A stretch of 64,000 nt of DNA from Ginglymostoma cirratum (lineage: Eukaryota): positions 13,582,711 to 13,646,710 of the forward strand of contig JAHRHZ010000267.1 in the NCBI GenBank assembly GCA_024137785.1, read 5' to 3'. The notes beneath the pieces were generated by a model. It was not told where the DNA came from, ran no database searches, and worked only from the letters and a program-made list of their open reading frames with translations. The position numbers and the translations under genes were made by a program. Shown here piece after piece: positions 50,641-64,000 of this stretch (its first letter is position 1; each line of letters opens with the position of its first letter).

Positions 50641-51089
50641 ATACATCATCAAAATATAGGACTGAATGTTATCTTGGCTCGGACATTACTCCTGGAAGGC
50701 AGTTGTTGTTCAGTTTGTGCTGGGAGACTTGTATATTGACTATACCAGCCTCACCTTCATGAACTGTGAATTTGTTGAGGTGGGTTACAGCCACATATTA
50801 GTTTTAAGTGGGTTCTATTTAAACAAGAAGCAATGTCAGGATGAAAGAAAATGTCTCTTTTCTTCACTGGTTCTGCTGGAATGATGCTTATAATCTGTCC
50901 TGTACAGATCAAAACTTAAAATGGCTGCTATCTCAAACTAGTGAATTATAAGATTTAGATGGAAAGTAGGACTTGGAATAGAACATTGACCCCCTCAATG
51001 CGCTCTGCTGTTCAATATCTTAATGGGTGATCCTCTATCTTAAAACCATGCACTCATCCTCCCCCTAGACCTCTATCAAGCCTCCATAT

Positions 51090-53620
51090 GAAGTATTGTG
51101 TTGCCTAGGTCAGGGACATAGATCCTATCCATTGTTTAATTGTCAAGGTAACCGACATTTCAGAGATCTGTAGGAATAATAGGGTTGTAATGATAGGGGA
51201 TTTCAAATTTCCAAACATAAACTGGCACTGTTAAGGGATTGGAAAACTTTCTTGTTCAACATGTGAGCATATCTCCTGCAGAAGGAGGAAGACTTGAACT
51301 TCTCTTGGGAAATAAGACAGGGTAAGTGAATGAGGTGTCAATGGGGGAGCAGATTGGGGGCAAGTGATCATAGTTCTATTAGTTTAAAATAGTTATGGTA
51401 AAGGATAGACCTGTCTAAAAGTTAATGTTCAACATTGGAGTAATGCCAATTTTGACGGTATCAGACTGGAACCTTCAAAAGTTGATTGGGGGAGGCTATT
51501 CGCAGGTTATGGGACAGGTTGGAAGTGGGATGCGTTTAAAAATGAGATAACGGGAGTTCAGAGGTACTATGTTCCTATTAGTGTGAAGGACAAGGCTGGG
51601 AGGTGTAGGGAACGCTGGATGACTAGAGAAGTTGAGTTTCTGGTCAAGAAAAAGAAGGAGGCATATGTTAGGTATGGGCAGCTGGGATCAAGTGAATCCC
51701 TAGAGGAGTATAACGGCAGTAGGATTATACTTAAAAGGGAAATCAGGAGGGCAAAAAGGGAAGATAAGATAGATCAGGCAAATAGAGTCAAGGCGAATCC
51801 AAAGACATTCTATAAGTGCATTAAGGGCAAATGAGTAACTAGGGACAGAATAGGACCCCTTAAAGATTAACGTGGCCGTCTATGTGTGGAACCACAAGAG
51901 ATGGGTGAGATACTAAAAAGTATTTTGCATCAGAATTTACTATGGAGACAGACATGGAAGCTAGCGAATTTGTGGAAATAAATAGTGATGTAGATAAAAG
52001 AGTTCATATTGCAGAAGAGGAGGTGCTGGAGATCATAAAGCACATAAAGGTAGATAAATCCCCAGGACCTGATCAGTTATTTCCCATAACTGTGTGGGAA
52101 GCTAGGAAGAGATTGCTGGGCCCCTTGCTGAGATATTTTTATCATCGACAGCCATGGGTTAGGTGCTGGAAAAATCAAGGTTGCCAGATGTGGTGCCGTT
52201 ATTGAAGAAAGGCTGTGAGAAAATACCAGGGAATGATAGACTGTTGAGTCTTACGTCACTGGTGGTAAATTGTCAGTGGGGATTCTGAGGGACAAGATTT
52301 ACATGCATTTGGAAAAGCAAGGGCTGAATAGGAATAGTCAACATGGCTTTGTACACAGGAAATCGTGTTTCACTAACTTGATTGACGTTTTTGCAGAAGT
52401 GACAAAGAAGATTGATGAAGGCAGAGTGGTGGGCATTGTCTATATGGACTTCAGCAAAGCATTCAACAAGGTTATGCTTGATAGACTGGTTAGTAAGGTT
52501 AGATCACATAGTATCCCGGGGGAGCTAGCCAACTATTACAAAATTAGTTTAAAGGTAGGAGACAGAGGACGGTGGTAGAGGGTTGCTTACTGGACTGAGG
52601 TCTGTGACCAGCAATGTAACACAAGGATCATTGCTGTGAGCACTGCTTTTCATCATTTGTACAAATTATTTGAATGTGAATATGGGAGGCATGGTTAGTA
52701 AGTTTGCCAAAGACGCCAAAATTGGTGGTGTAGTGGATGGTGAAGAAGATTATCTCAGAGTACAATGAGACCTTGATCGGACGGGCCAAATGGCATAGAG
52801 TGGCAGATGGAGTTTAATTTTGATAAATGTGAGGGGTTGCATTTTGGTAAGGCAAACCAGAGCATGACTTATGCAGTTAATGCAGGGCTCAGGGGAGTGT
52901 GCTGAACAAAGAGACTTAGAGGTGCAGATGCATAGTTCCTTGAAAGTGGAGTCCCCGGTAGACAGGGTGGTGAAGAAGGTGTTTAGCACACTTGCCTTCA
53001 TTGGTCAGAACATTGACAATAGGAGTTGGGACGGCATGTTGTACCTGTACAAGAAATTGGTAAGGCCAATTTAGAATTTTAGAATACTGCTGACAATTTT
53101 GGTCACCCTTCTAAAGGAAAGATGTTGTTAAACCTGAAAGAGTTCAAAAAAATTTACAAGGACGCTACCGGGAATGGAGGGTTTGAATTATTGAGAGAGG
53201 CTGAATAGGATGGGACTTTTTTTCCTGGGGCTTCAGGGGCTGAGGAGTGAGCTTAAAGAAGTTTATAAGATCATGGAGGGCATGGATAGAGTGAATAGCC
53301 AAGGTCTTTTTCCCAGGATAAGGCATTCCAAAACTAGAGGGCATGAAGGTGAAAGGGGAAAAATTTAGGAAGGACCACAGACTTAACTCTTTCACACAGA
53401 GGGTGGGGCGTGTATGGAACAAGCAACCAGAGGAAGTGGTGTAGGCTGGTACAATTGCAACATTTAAAAGCTATCTGTATGGTTACATAAATATGAAAGG
53501 TTTACACGGATAATGGGCCAAATGCTGGCAAATGGAACTAGGTCAGATTCAAATAGCTGGTCGGTGTGGACGAGTTGGACCAATGGGTCTGTTTCCATGC
53601 TATATGACTGTATGACCTCT
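51090..53620 (+). mobile_element. CR1 LINE, 5'-truncated and decayed (endonuclease C-terminus, RT, 3' UTR)
   Basis: IGDFKFPNINW, SDHSSI, KSPGPDQ, SQHGFVHRKSCFTNLIDVF, VYMDFSKAFNKV, EQRDLEVQMH. Tail tatgactgtatgac. Many stops and frameshifts. Confidence 0.95.
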
Positions 53621-55426
53621 GTCATACTTCGTCAAATTGTAGCAGATTTGTGTGAACGGGAAGAGAAAGTACACAGTCTTTGCAAAGGGACACTTTGCCC
53701 CTGACATGTGTCCCATAATGCTCCAGGTTGTGCTCTCACAGAGGGTTGTGTTTTGCCTGGCAAAGGCCCCAGGCATGTTCTCCAAATGATTCTGCATTGC
53801 CATGTTTATTGTCACCGACCTCACAGGATCATGGAGGCATGCACTACCGCAGGGCTACCTTCAACCTGATAATACCTCTCAGGCTTTAAAGAATCTGTAA
53901 GGAATAAGGAATGACGACAGTTAATGTCAACTCCACCACCAGATGCAACGACGAGTGTGTATTTGCAGGAGCATGACATCGTGGCCAGCTGACAGCCCTG
54001 GCCCCGACTACAAGGGAGTAGCATTATGTACCAAATCTGTGAATTGAGTGCAGCAAGTAGGTTATAAGATTGAAGCAAACAGTCAATCTTTTGAATCAAA
54101 TTACATCATTCTTCTGGTTCTCTGTGTGTGGAGTACTGTGTTGTTTTTCAATCACCACTTCAACAAGTGCAGTGAAAAGAGATCAATTCAAAATTTATGC
54201 TAACTGCGAGAAGTTAATTGCTAAATATTTCTAATAAGAAGTGAATGGCTTGGCTCTTGACTAGCAAAACTGCAAAGAAAACTAACTGGAAGGAGTGGGA
54301 ACCTACAGTTGTAATTAAACCATTTTCTATGAACAAATAGAATGGTTTGAAACATTCAAGAAATGCTTATATTAGAGAAACATTGAGAATAATTCTGATG
54401 ATTGGCCAATAATTTAAAATGGACAAGGTTAGATCAGTTGTGGTTATATGTTTGGATTGATTTTCATTTTCATCAAAGTGAATGGAAATCAGTTATCCCT
54501 TTACGTGATAATATGAAATTGATCTCTCAACCATTTTTTTATAACTATCACCATGAAAATAACAGAGTGAAATATTGGTGACCATGTTAAAGGTTCATGC
54601 ACTGGCACCATCACAATTTCAAAGGTGAAATTTTGCTTGCGTTTCAATTTCTTAAATGGTTTAAGCATTCCTTCTTTCTCCTTCCTTGGGTGTGGTCTCT
54701 TGAGAGGAGCTATTTTCCATGGTAATATTTTGGATGTTCTAATGACATCCAGAATAGCACTACAACATATATCAAGTCAGTCAGACAGTCACACAGAAAG
54801 ATTGCCAATATCTAATAGAGTTCCAGTGTGAGAAATGTATCTACAAGAAAACCATTGACATGTATGTTGGGGGTAAGTGGGTGCATGGGAAAAATGGGAG
54901 ATAGCAAATTGGCTCCCTGTTTTAAACCTCTGCTGAAGGGCTCTTGTGGTGAAGTGGTAGTGTCCATTCCTTTGAGCCAGAAGCCATGCCTGCTGCAGAG
55001 GTGTGTAATAACTTAATACAATAACAGATTAATTCGAAAATCTTTAAACTTCTGTACAAGAAAGGATTGATTATAGTCTAAGGTTATTAGTGCGGATAAT
55101 TTTTGAAATATTACCTGGGATTAATAGATATATTTTGTGATTGTATTCTGGTACATTTAATGCGTAACAAAATTAGTCATTGAAAACATGTGATGCTAAC
55201 AAGCTATTTTGTTTATATTGCAACTAATTGCATGTATTGTCAACAGTTGTGATGAAATAGACTTTTCCATTTTTTTGGATTGTGGTCCAACACCTGTTTT
55301 TTAAAAAAATCATTGCTGAAGGCATTCATTTAAGAATCAGTGTATTACTATGACTTTGGTGTTATGTATAAGATTAAATGAGTCAGACAGAAGGTTTCCT
55401 CCCATAAAGAACATGACTGAACTAGA

Positions 55427-55963
55427 GATAACAAGCATGGGGCTGGATGAACACAGCAGGTCAAGCAGCATCATAGGAGCAGGAAAACTCGACGTTTCGG
55501 GCCTAAACCCTTCATCAGAAATGGGGGAGGGGAAGAGGGTTCTGAAATAAATAGGGAGAGAGGGGGAGGCAGATAGAAGATGGATAGAGGAGAGGATAGG
55601 TGGAGAGGAGGCAGACAAGTCGAAGTGGCGGGGATGGAGCCAGTAAAGGTGAGTGTAGGTAGGGGGGTAGGGAGGAGATAGGTCAGTCCAGGGAGGACGG
55701 ACAGGTCAAGGGGGCGGGATGATGTTAGTAGATAGGAGATGGGGGTGTGGCTTGAGGTGAGAGGAAGAACAGGTTAGGGAGGTGGAGATGAGCTGGGCTG
55801 GTTTTGGGATGCGGTTGGGGGAGGGGAGATTTTGAAGCTTGTGAAATCCACATTGATGCCATTGGGCTGTTCCTGCTCCTATGATGCTGCTTGACCTGCT
55901 GTGTTCATCCAGCCCCATGCTTGTTATCTCGGATTCTCCAGCATCTGCAGTACCTTTTATCTC
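55427..55963 (-). mobile_element. Young 5'-truncated PLE with inverted pLTR, GIY-YIG tail and hammerhead core
   Basis: Minus strand QPNGINVDFTSFK (end of PLE ORF), pyrimidine-rich UTR, pLTR. Inverted pLTR piece at 55869-55963. TSD TGACTGAACTAGA at 55414-55426 and 55964-55976. Confidence 0.88.
55487..55522 (-). ncRNA. Minimal type I hammerhead ribozyme motif (PLE-associated)
   Basis: Minus strand attt-CTGATGA-a-GGG-tttagg-CCC-GAAAC-GTC-gagt, same core as 18385-18420. Confidence 0.65.
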
Positions 55964-58900
55964 TGACTGAACTAGATTGGGTTTTAATGGCAATCCAGTA
56001 TTCATGCAACCAATATTGGTGTGTTAGCTCAATTGACTGGCCCCCCGGTTTAAAATGCAGAGTGATGCTAATACTGTAGTTCAATTCCTCTACCAGCTGT
56101 CACTAGTGTGAAAGACTCTCTTTCTTTCCCTCTGCCTGACTCTGAGGTTAAATCACCACCAGTTGTTTCTTTCAAATGGAGACTTCACCTTCATTGATCA
56201 GAGATATTCTGTTTCTTTCCAGATTAAATGAATTACCTGAATCTAAATTCTCCAATTGTTGTGGTTGGGATTTGAATTTTAGTCGCAAGTTCAGTCACAC
56301 ACCAACACTGTAACCATACCTGCTACCAAATAAAGCCAAATGACAACTTTTGTTTCAGATGACACCGGGGTTGAACAGATGGAACCAAGGTAAATGAGTG
56401 GATTTAAAATGGATATCAGCCATGACTGGCAGAGCAGGCTCAAGGGGTTGAATTAATCTGTTCCTGTGTGTATCTACAGGAGGTTTGAGTAGGCAGGGGC
56501 AATCATCTTAACAACTTCCCAAAGGGAACACAGGGCAGTTTTGCTAACGTTTTATTGATGTCGATAGTTATTTTAAGTATCATTCATGATAATAAAAGGG
56601 AGCTTTATTTTCTACTCTACTAAATCCCAGGCTTTAAAAATGTTACTCAGATGAGGAATAACATTGCAGGAGGACCTGCATCCAGAATGTTATTTTTGGT
56701 GGGAATAGTACAGTGTCCATACCGAAGAGTCAATGCTCCTAGAAACTGTTTATTGAATACTCTAAAGTGGCAATGACTTGCTTGATGGTCGCCTTTTATT
56801 GAGTAGTTTCACATTGCCCACTTGCTCGTCCAACTCCCGTGTAGATCATCTACTCTTTCCTCACTGATTCACCTTCTGGTGATTTATCAGACATTAGCCA
56901 GAGTGTGTTGTTCACTTGTATGTAATATGCTACAGGATCATCCATTCATATAAGAGATATGGAGCAAGAACTGAAAAGACAGCGATCGATCTTTGTTGTT
57001 GCTGATACCTTTAGCACGTTGGCTGTCACAAACCAATTGCACGTGGAGATAAGGAGCTCTGTAATCAATTACAGGGCCAAACCAACAAGGCTTCCATTCA
57101 ATTCATGTGTCAGTGGCTGAAGATGCAAAGTGTGAATCTTTTCAGGTTATCCAATATTTGACTCTGTCCTTAGTGAGTACCTCGAGCTGCAGCAATTAGT
57201 AAAAATGCAAGGAGGGGTGAGGGACTAAAAGGTCTAAAGCATGATGAAACTGAATAATATACAGACTCCAGCAAAATGTAAGTATAAGTGTAAAACAGAT
57301 AAAAATGACAGTTTCAGCTTTGTTGCAATTTTACGAACTAAGGAAAACATTTCTTGTTCTCCTGCCAATACATACTAGTGGTGTATATGGTTCCAAACGT
57401 TTGATGGAGTTTCTTCTGTGATGTGGGTATTGGATACTCTATGTCATCTTGACAAACATCTTCTCTACATTGTTGCTGAACCAGCTTTCTGGGGAGAGTT
57501 TGACATCAAACCTTTGCAGTTTACAACCAAATTGGATTTGTAGTACATCATTAGGTTGCTTCTAATTAATTGGTAATAATTACGGTTCAACTCCATTTGA
57601 GCAATGGGTATCATGGTGCAGTGCCTATTTGTTTGCAAGTGTTTTCACCTTACATGAACACAACCTCTCTAAAAGATTAATAGACGTATTCTACAGGTTG
57701 CTACACTCTGAGTGCTACAAAGTAATACAAGAGTGATCTTGTCACCCTCGTCCAAAATCACACTGTGACTGATAATCCAAGTTTACCAACTAAAAATGGT
57801 CACCTGAGTCATTGCTTTGAATTAAGGAAGGATGCATGGAAAATCTTGAGTGGGAAATTTGGAGAACGATATTAATAACTCTACATCAAGCACCACAACT
57901 TTTATTGTTTCCAAAGTTTTGTATTAACTCATTTGTAATTCTGCAGAAAAATACAAATAATTAGTGGGTGGGGCAACCAAAAGAATTGATTCACTGAAGT
58001 TGCAATGTTCCTTTCCATGTCGTGCGTAAGAATATGTGTCCATTTTCAATATAGCAATCTCTGCGATGATCAAACTATTGCCATTCATATCAAGTCATGT
58101 CTTTGCCTTTGGAGATAATGATAACTGTGCTTGCTTGTATATAAAACAGTAGTTGCTGCATGAAAACTGGTTGAGACTAAATTGGAAATTTATTTTCCGT
58201 CTCTTCTTGGTTTTATTTGCTGTCTCTCCTTGATTTTATTTCCACTGAAGTTATTGGAAATGAAAACAAAAAGTGATGTAAAATAGTCTGACTGAATCAT
58301 TATCTGTAAATTCACGATATTGCTCAAAATCAAGTTCGATCCCAATGTACTATGGCAAGAATTCCAGATCCAAATTTTGATCCAGTGACTTGGAATTTTG
58401 TCTGTAAAACATACATTTGAATGCTTCCAATTTACACAAGTTATTTGTTATAAATTATCCAAACTCAGATCCTCAAACACTGCAGACTTTATAGATAATT
58501 TCAGACTATCCACAGACGTTAACATTTCATTCTGCCACTGCATATTGCTACTGCACGTAGCTTCCGCCACACCTCAGCTTCATAATTCAGTTTGATTGAC
58601 TGCAGAGGTCAACAGCATGTTTGCATAGTACTCTGGCAGCTGTCTGATCATTGAGCAGTATACTTTTTTTTAAATTGCACCGGTCCAAAAGCAGAAAATA
58701 AGTGCTCTTACTCTCAACTGTGCCTTGAGATGCAGAGCTGGGAATGGTCAGATCCTGATAAGAGACTCATTAAATGTAACATTGCAAGTTTGGCAGATCT
58801 GATATGATTCTCTTTTGGGAATAGAGGAGAACTAATAGAAAGGAAAGAAGGTTCTTATTCTTCAGAGAATCACCAAAGGTCAAGAATAAAAATGAAAAAT

Positions 58901-61900
58901 GGTGGAAGTGCTCAGTAATCAGCCTGCTTCTCCAAAAAAGATAGGCTGACATTTAGGTATATACTGTTCATCAAAATTCATGAAAGTATGCATTTATTAG
59001 GGCAGAAATGTCCCTTGGAATCTTCAACATTACTTCTGGACTCCGGGAACCTCATGAACTCTCAATGCATCAGGTCAAACATGATTGAGGAAACTTTCTA
59101 CCACCTGCTGGTTATTCTCATTTGACAAATCAATACAATGTTGAACACTGCTTGGAAGAATCACTCAAGCTAATAAGGGTACTGAATGCACTCTGTATGG
59201 AGGGACGTCACTCAACATTTCAAAGAGTGGCCCAGTCACACAATGCTAAATGTGTTAATCAAGTTGTCAAAGACTATTTATGAGACTGAGCCTGTGATTG
59301 GTGGTGAGAGGATCAGCAGGAAAAAAAAATTAGTGTAATCTTCAATCTATTCATCACAGAGCTTTCTTTGTTGAAGATACATCTTTCTCTATACATATTA
59401 GTAGGAATAACTAATATACAGCTCTTGTGGAGTCAAAGTCCTGTCTTCAAACTGACAACACCCTCTATTGTGCTACGTTGCGTTAGCATTGTGCAAAGTG
59501 GGATTGATTCAGAATAAATCTAATGACCCAAAATTTGGCTTCCTCAGACACTGTGGACATTCAACAGCGGCAACACTATATTCCACTACAATCTGTAGTC
59601 TCATGGCACATCCCTCCTTCTACTATTATTGCCAAGCCAGGCACTCAACCTTGTATGTAAAAGAGTACACCAGAGCAACACCAAGCTTACCTAAAAGCAA
59701 GGGTCCAATGTCATGAAGCTGCAGCACAGGTCTGTCTGCATGTATGTCCGATAGCAGGTGCAGCATGCGATAGACAAAATAAGTGATCCCACAATGAATA
59801 TATTGGGTCTAAGTTCTCTATTTGCAGCCCAGTCTCATTCTGATTTCTGATGGGCTACTCAACAACATGGCTGGAGGAAGAAACGCATGAATATTCTTAT
59901 CTTCAATGACAGTAAAACTAACACCCAAGTACAAAAGAGAAGCATGAAGCTTTTGCAACTGCTGCAGGCACATAGGAATATCAGCTGCCAGTTCCCCTTC
60001 GGCAAAAACACCTGCTCTATTTGGAAATACATCGGCATTCCTTCATTGCTGCTGTGTCAGTTCCTGGACCTGCCTACCTAACAGCTCCATGAGTCTAGCT
60101 CCACTCTATGACTGCAGTTTTTTTTAAGGAGGAGCCTCATCACCACTTTCTCATAGACAATTAGAAATGGGTAATCAATGTTGACTCTAACAGTAATGAA
60201 CATTTGAAGAACAGCTTTTCAAAAGTCCAACATGTGAACTTGTCTTTCTTGTATATTTTCAGCATTTTCTATATCTGCTTTCTACAATTTGCACATTGAT
60301 CTGCATTTTCTGTTCATAATTTCTTCAGATTTTGAATTGTGCTCACGTCTATTCATTGTATTTCTGTAAAAATGCAATGGCATTGCAAACAATCTGATCA
60401 ATGTCAAACTTCTATGTCACAATTATTCACTTTACAATTAACCTCAAAAGTAAAAATGCCTAGCACATTTTGGTCACGAGTAACTGTGATCCATTTTCCA
60501 AGAGGTTGAGAGGTCTGTTTCTAAATTATGGAATGCTCAGAAAGTAATGAATTATTTAATGGGTGTCTGCTTTGGATCGAAAACCAGAAACGGAAAGAAT
60601 ACAGATGTCGCTGAATGCTGGTGCGCACTTATTATTAGACTCTATTCTTAAGAATTTAAGTCTTCTAAATGATTTAGAATGTCATTAGGGAATGATAACT
60701 TAACTTTTCAAAGATTTAATCCAGAAAGTGTTGTTCTGTACCAGGAGAAAGAATTCTGCTTCTTCTATACACTACTATCTATTTCTCCCTCAAAAGGAAG
60801 AAATTGTTTGCATTGGTTGTTCCCTGAGGGGGAGGATAGCCTCTGTCCTCAACACTGATGGACTCACCCCACCCATTCGCTGGGATAGAATTAATTGGCC
60901 CTGCTGTGCCAATCATGCTAACCACTTTGTCTAGGCTCCTGCTCTGCTCATGGTCCAGGTCATGCTGTAGTCATCACTCTCATTGGTGCCACAAGGACTG
61001 AAGAGTTGCTGCTCCTCTGATTAACTGGCAGCTCTTGGAGGCAGAATCATCACCTTAAAAGGCCCAGGAACCTCAACTGTAGGTAGGTAAGTGCCAAATT
61101 GGAATTTATCCCTGTCAAGACTCCTGGAAGTGTTAACGGAAGGGATGTCACCAACTTTTTCAACATTGTCACAGTCATCAAAGTTCAACATCTCTCTTCT
61201 TCATTAATTTTGGAGGCAGAAGAAGAAAAAAAGAAGCTAACAATGCAAATTCTGTTCAAATTGATTTAATTTTATACCTTTCCTGTACATAATGTATTGA
61301 CAATACTGTAAATTTAAATTGAGGGGATATATCGTACACAAAACTGATACATAGCATGTGCTTTGAAAGGTTGCAGACAGACACAGTTTTAGCAAGGCAC
61401 TAAGCATGAGAACAACAATGAAATTTTGCCCACGATTCACTGTATGCAGAAAGTAACAGACATGATTACATTGCCAACATTACCTACTTGCTGCTTGTTC
61501 ACAGACACACACAAGGTGGTTGCCAATCTGGGCACTTGGCTGGAGCATATCATTTCTCACATTCTTCATTTTAACATATGTCTATTTTCTATCAGTTTTC
61601 AGAAGCCGGCAAATAACACAATTCAAGTAAACAAGACATGAATCATCTGAGTTATGACACAGCTCATTAAGAGCAGAGAATCTAATTGAAATTAAACAAT
61701 GAATTTAAAAGCTTCCCCAAGCCCATGGCTAATATTTTCATTTCCTGATTCTTATCTCATTATCCTCATGTATAACAGACATTAAAATCCAACTAGTTTG
61801 CCAATGTTGTTCATTGGAATAAAACCTGTCAGTTTTCCAGAATCTGACCCATATTTGAATTCTATCCCGCACAAACCTGGTTCATTCTTAGCCGCTTTCT

Positions 61901-64000
61901 GAAGTGGTCAAACAATTCATTCAAATGGACTACAGAACCACAGGAAGTGGTATCAATGGTTAAAGGAGAAAGCTCATCACCATCTTCTCAAAGGCAACTA
62001 GGGATGAAAAATGAACGGTGGCTCTGCCAATGACTCCTAAATCTTGAGAAGGAGTGAAACAAATGCCTTGTAAAGTAAAACATGCTTAAGAGTTTCCTGT
62101 TACCATCAATTTGAAATATCTTTTTCCTCCGCTTCTGCAGCTGCACTGAAGCAGCAGATGTGATCTAGCGTTGTGTGTATATTAATGCATGACATAGCAC
62201 TCAGTATGATTCATTCCCACAGGGGTAAGCACCGAGACAGCTGCATCGATACTGTGGGAATCAATTAATGACTGTCAGGAAGGAGCACTGCACCTATCAC
62301 AGAATGAGTATGAAGACAATTATATTAAGATGGAATTTAAGGTGTTGCAACCTGTAGACCAGATGCCCAGTTCAAGAATAACTTCAGGAAATGGAAATCC
62401 AGAAGTGCGCTTTGGTAAGAATGCAACCGCTGGACAATGCATCAGCAAACCTCCTCAGACCAGCTAAGCTTCAAGAACCTCTGCAGCAAAGCCTCTGATA
62501 CATGAGATCCAAAGTCCAGGAAAAATTTCTATAATGATGTGCCATCACTAGGGCTTGAGGAATGCAGCACTTTTCAACTGTCCAGAATCTTCCTATCCCA
62601 CTGAAAATTGGACAGGTTGAATAAGCAGTAACTTTAAATACCCAGCTGGACGCAACGCAAGGCAATGGTTAGAACTGATTGAGTAGTCCTTCAATCTGTC
62701 TTCCAAATATTTCAAAGTTTACCATAAATTCTTGGAGCATATGCAATTCCTTTGGACATATCAAACATTGGTTACCTTGGCACGTGTACAGGAATGAAAA
62801 TGTAAGGGCAAGTTCTGCTAGCTAGCCTAGAATATCTATATTTTAAGGCCATAGGCTATAAAACATAGGAGCAGAAATTAAGCCACTCAGCCCATCGAGT
62901 CTTCTCCTCCATTCAATCATGACTGATAAGTTTCTCAACCCCATTCTTCCGCTATATTTCAGGTGGTGACCATCAATCTTGTGAACAAGTATGGACAAGA
63001 GGTCAGAGAACAGTCACCAAACTTGAAATTGTACCCAGAAAAATGCCAAAATGTTCAGAGAATGAAAAATAATTGGTGAGAAAGGGGGGTGGGGTGTGGG
63101 GAGCTGCCTTAAAAACAACATGAATCCTCAGTGGAGTGAGGTTGTTATTGACTAGCGGAGCTCAGGGTATATGGCTCTTTCATACAATCAGAAAGGGAAA
63201 TGAAAGCAGAAAGGAATTGTCATCCCTCAGAGCTACTTTGCAAAGAAATGGGGTTGCAAGCAAATAGCAAATTCCCATTAAATTGTAGCCGTTATGTACG
63301 TGCTGCCTGCATATTCTTCCACCTTTATACTATTTTCTAATATTGAGGTGATGAATCTGTGCTGTTTTTTCCCCAGTTCACTGTAAAAAATATCTGCATT
63401 GTTTTAAACAATTTGAAAAGGGCCATTTAAAGCATTTAAGAAAGAAAATAGTTTTCTTTGCAATGTTTTTTCTGATCTTGAAAGTATCTTGCGAAGTAAG
63501 TATTACAAACGATAATAATACAAAAATACAAAGGCATGATTAATACAGTTATTTTGGAGGGATATGGATTCTTAACTATAACTTTTATATAATCAGCATC
63601 ATAAATAAATGAGGCAGATTGTGCTGCCAACCATTGATTATCCTTTGTATACCTGGTATAAAATATTCATGCTCTTTGCTGTCTGTTTTACATATTGTGA
63701 ATAATGAACCAGGTAAAACTCATTTACAAAAAGCTACTGGCTGGTATTAAATAAAACATAACACAGATGCTCATTGATGAAGTCTATCAGTAAAACCTGG
63801 GATAAATGGTTGCAGATGTCTTCAATCCATACTTAACATCTAGGTGCACTGTCAACAATGCTTTGCATAAAGTCTAGAATGCAGGATAGTCAATCTGTAA
63901 GTACCATATAGGCTATAAACTTAACTTCTAAATAATTTCCAAACTGAGTTGAATTACCACATTATCTACAGTGCACAATGAATGGTGTGTAATTTATGTA

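Overview
This is eukaryotic DNA, most likely a cartilaginous fish (shark). The inference rests on HE1/V-SINE-like and Deu-SINE-like elements, CR1 and L2 LINEs, and Penelope-like repeats. I recognised no host protein-coding exon, so the window reads as a long intron or intergenic region. It is filled with decayed mobile elements: CR1 and L2 LINEs, Penelope-like elements (PLEs), Gypsy remnants, PIF/Harbinger transposase and Myb/SANT remnants, and tRNA-derived SINEs. Notable structures: (1) several small TSD-flanked, palindromic PLE-derived inserts with minimal hammerhead-ribozyme cores and a constant ~35-nt one-sided tail; (2) a ~225-bp near-perfect inverted repeat at 24245-25247 bounded by TA; (3) a TAATTA-rich ~31-bp minisatellite that appears split by a Harbinger-type insertion; (4) an 18-bp higher-order telomere-like array. 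All family assignments come from motif recognition by eye, not database searches. Boundaries of decayed elements are approximate.
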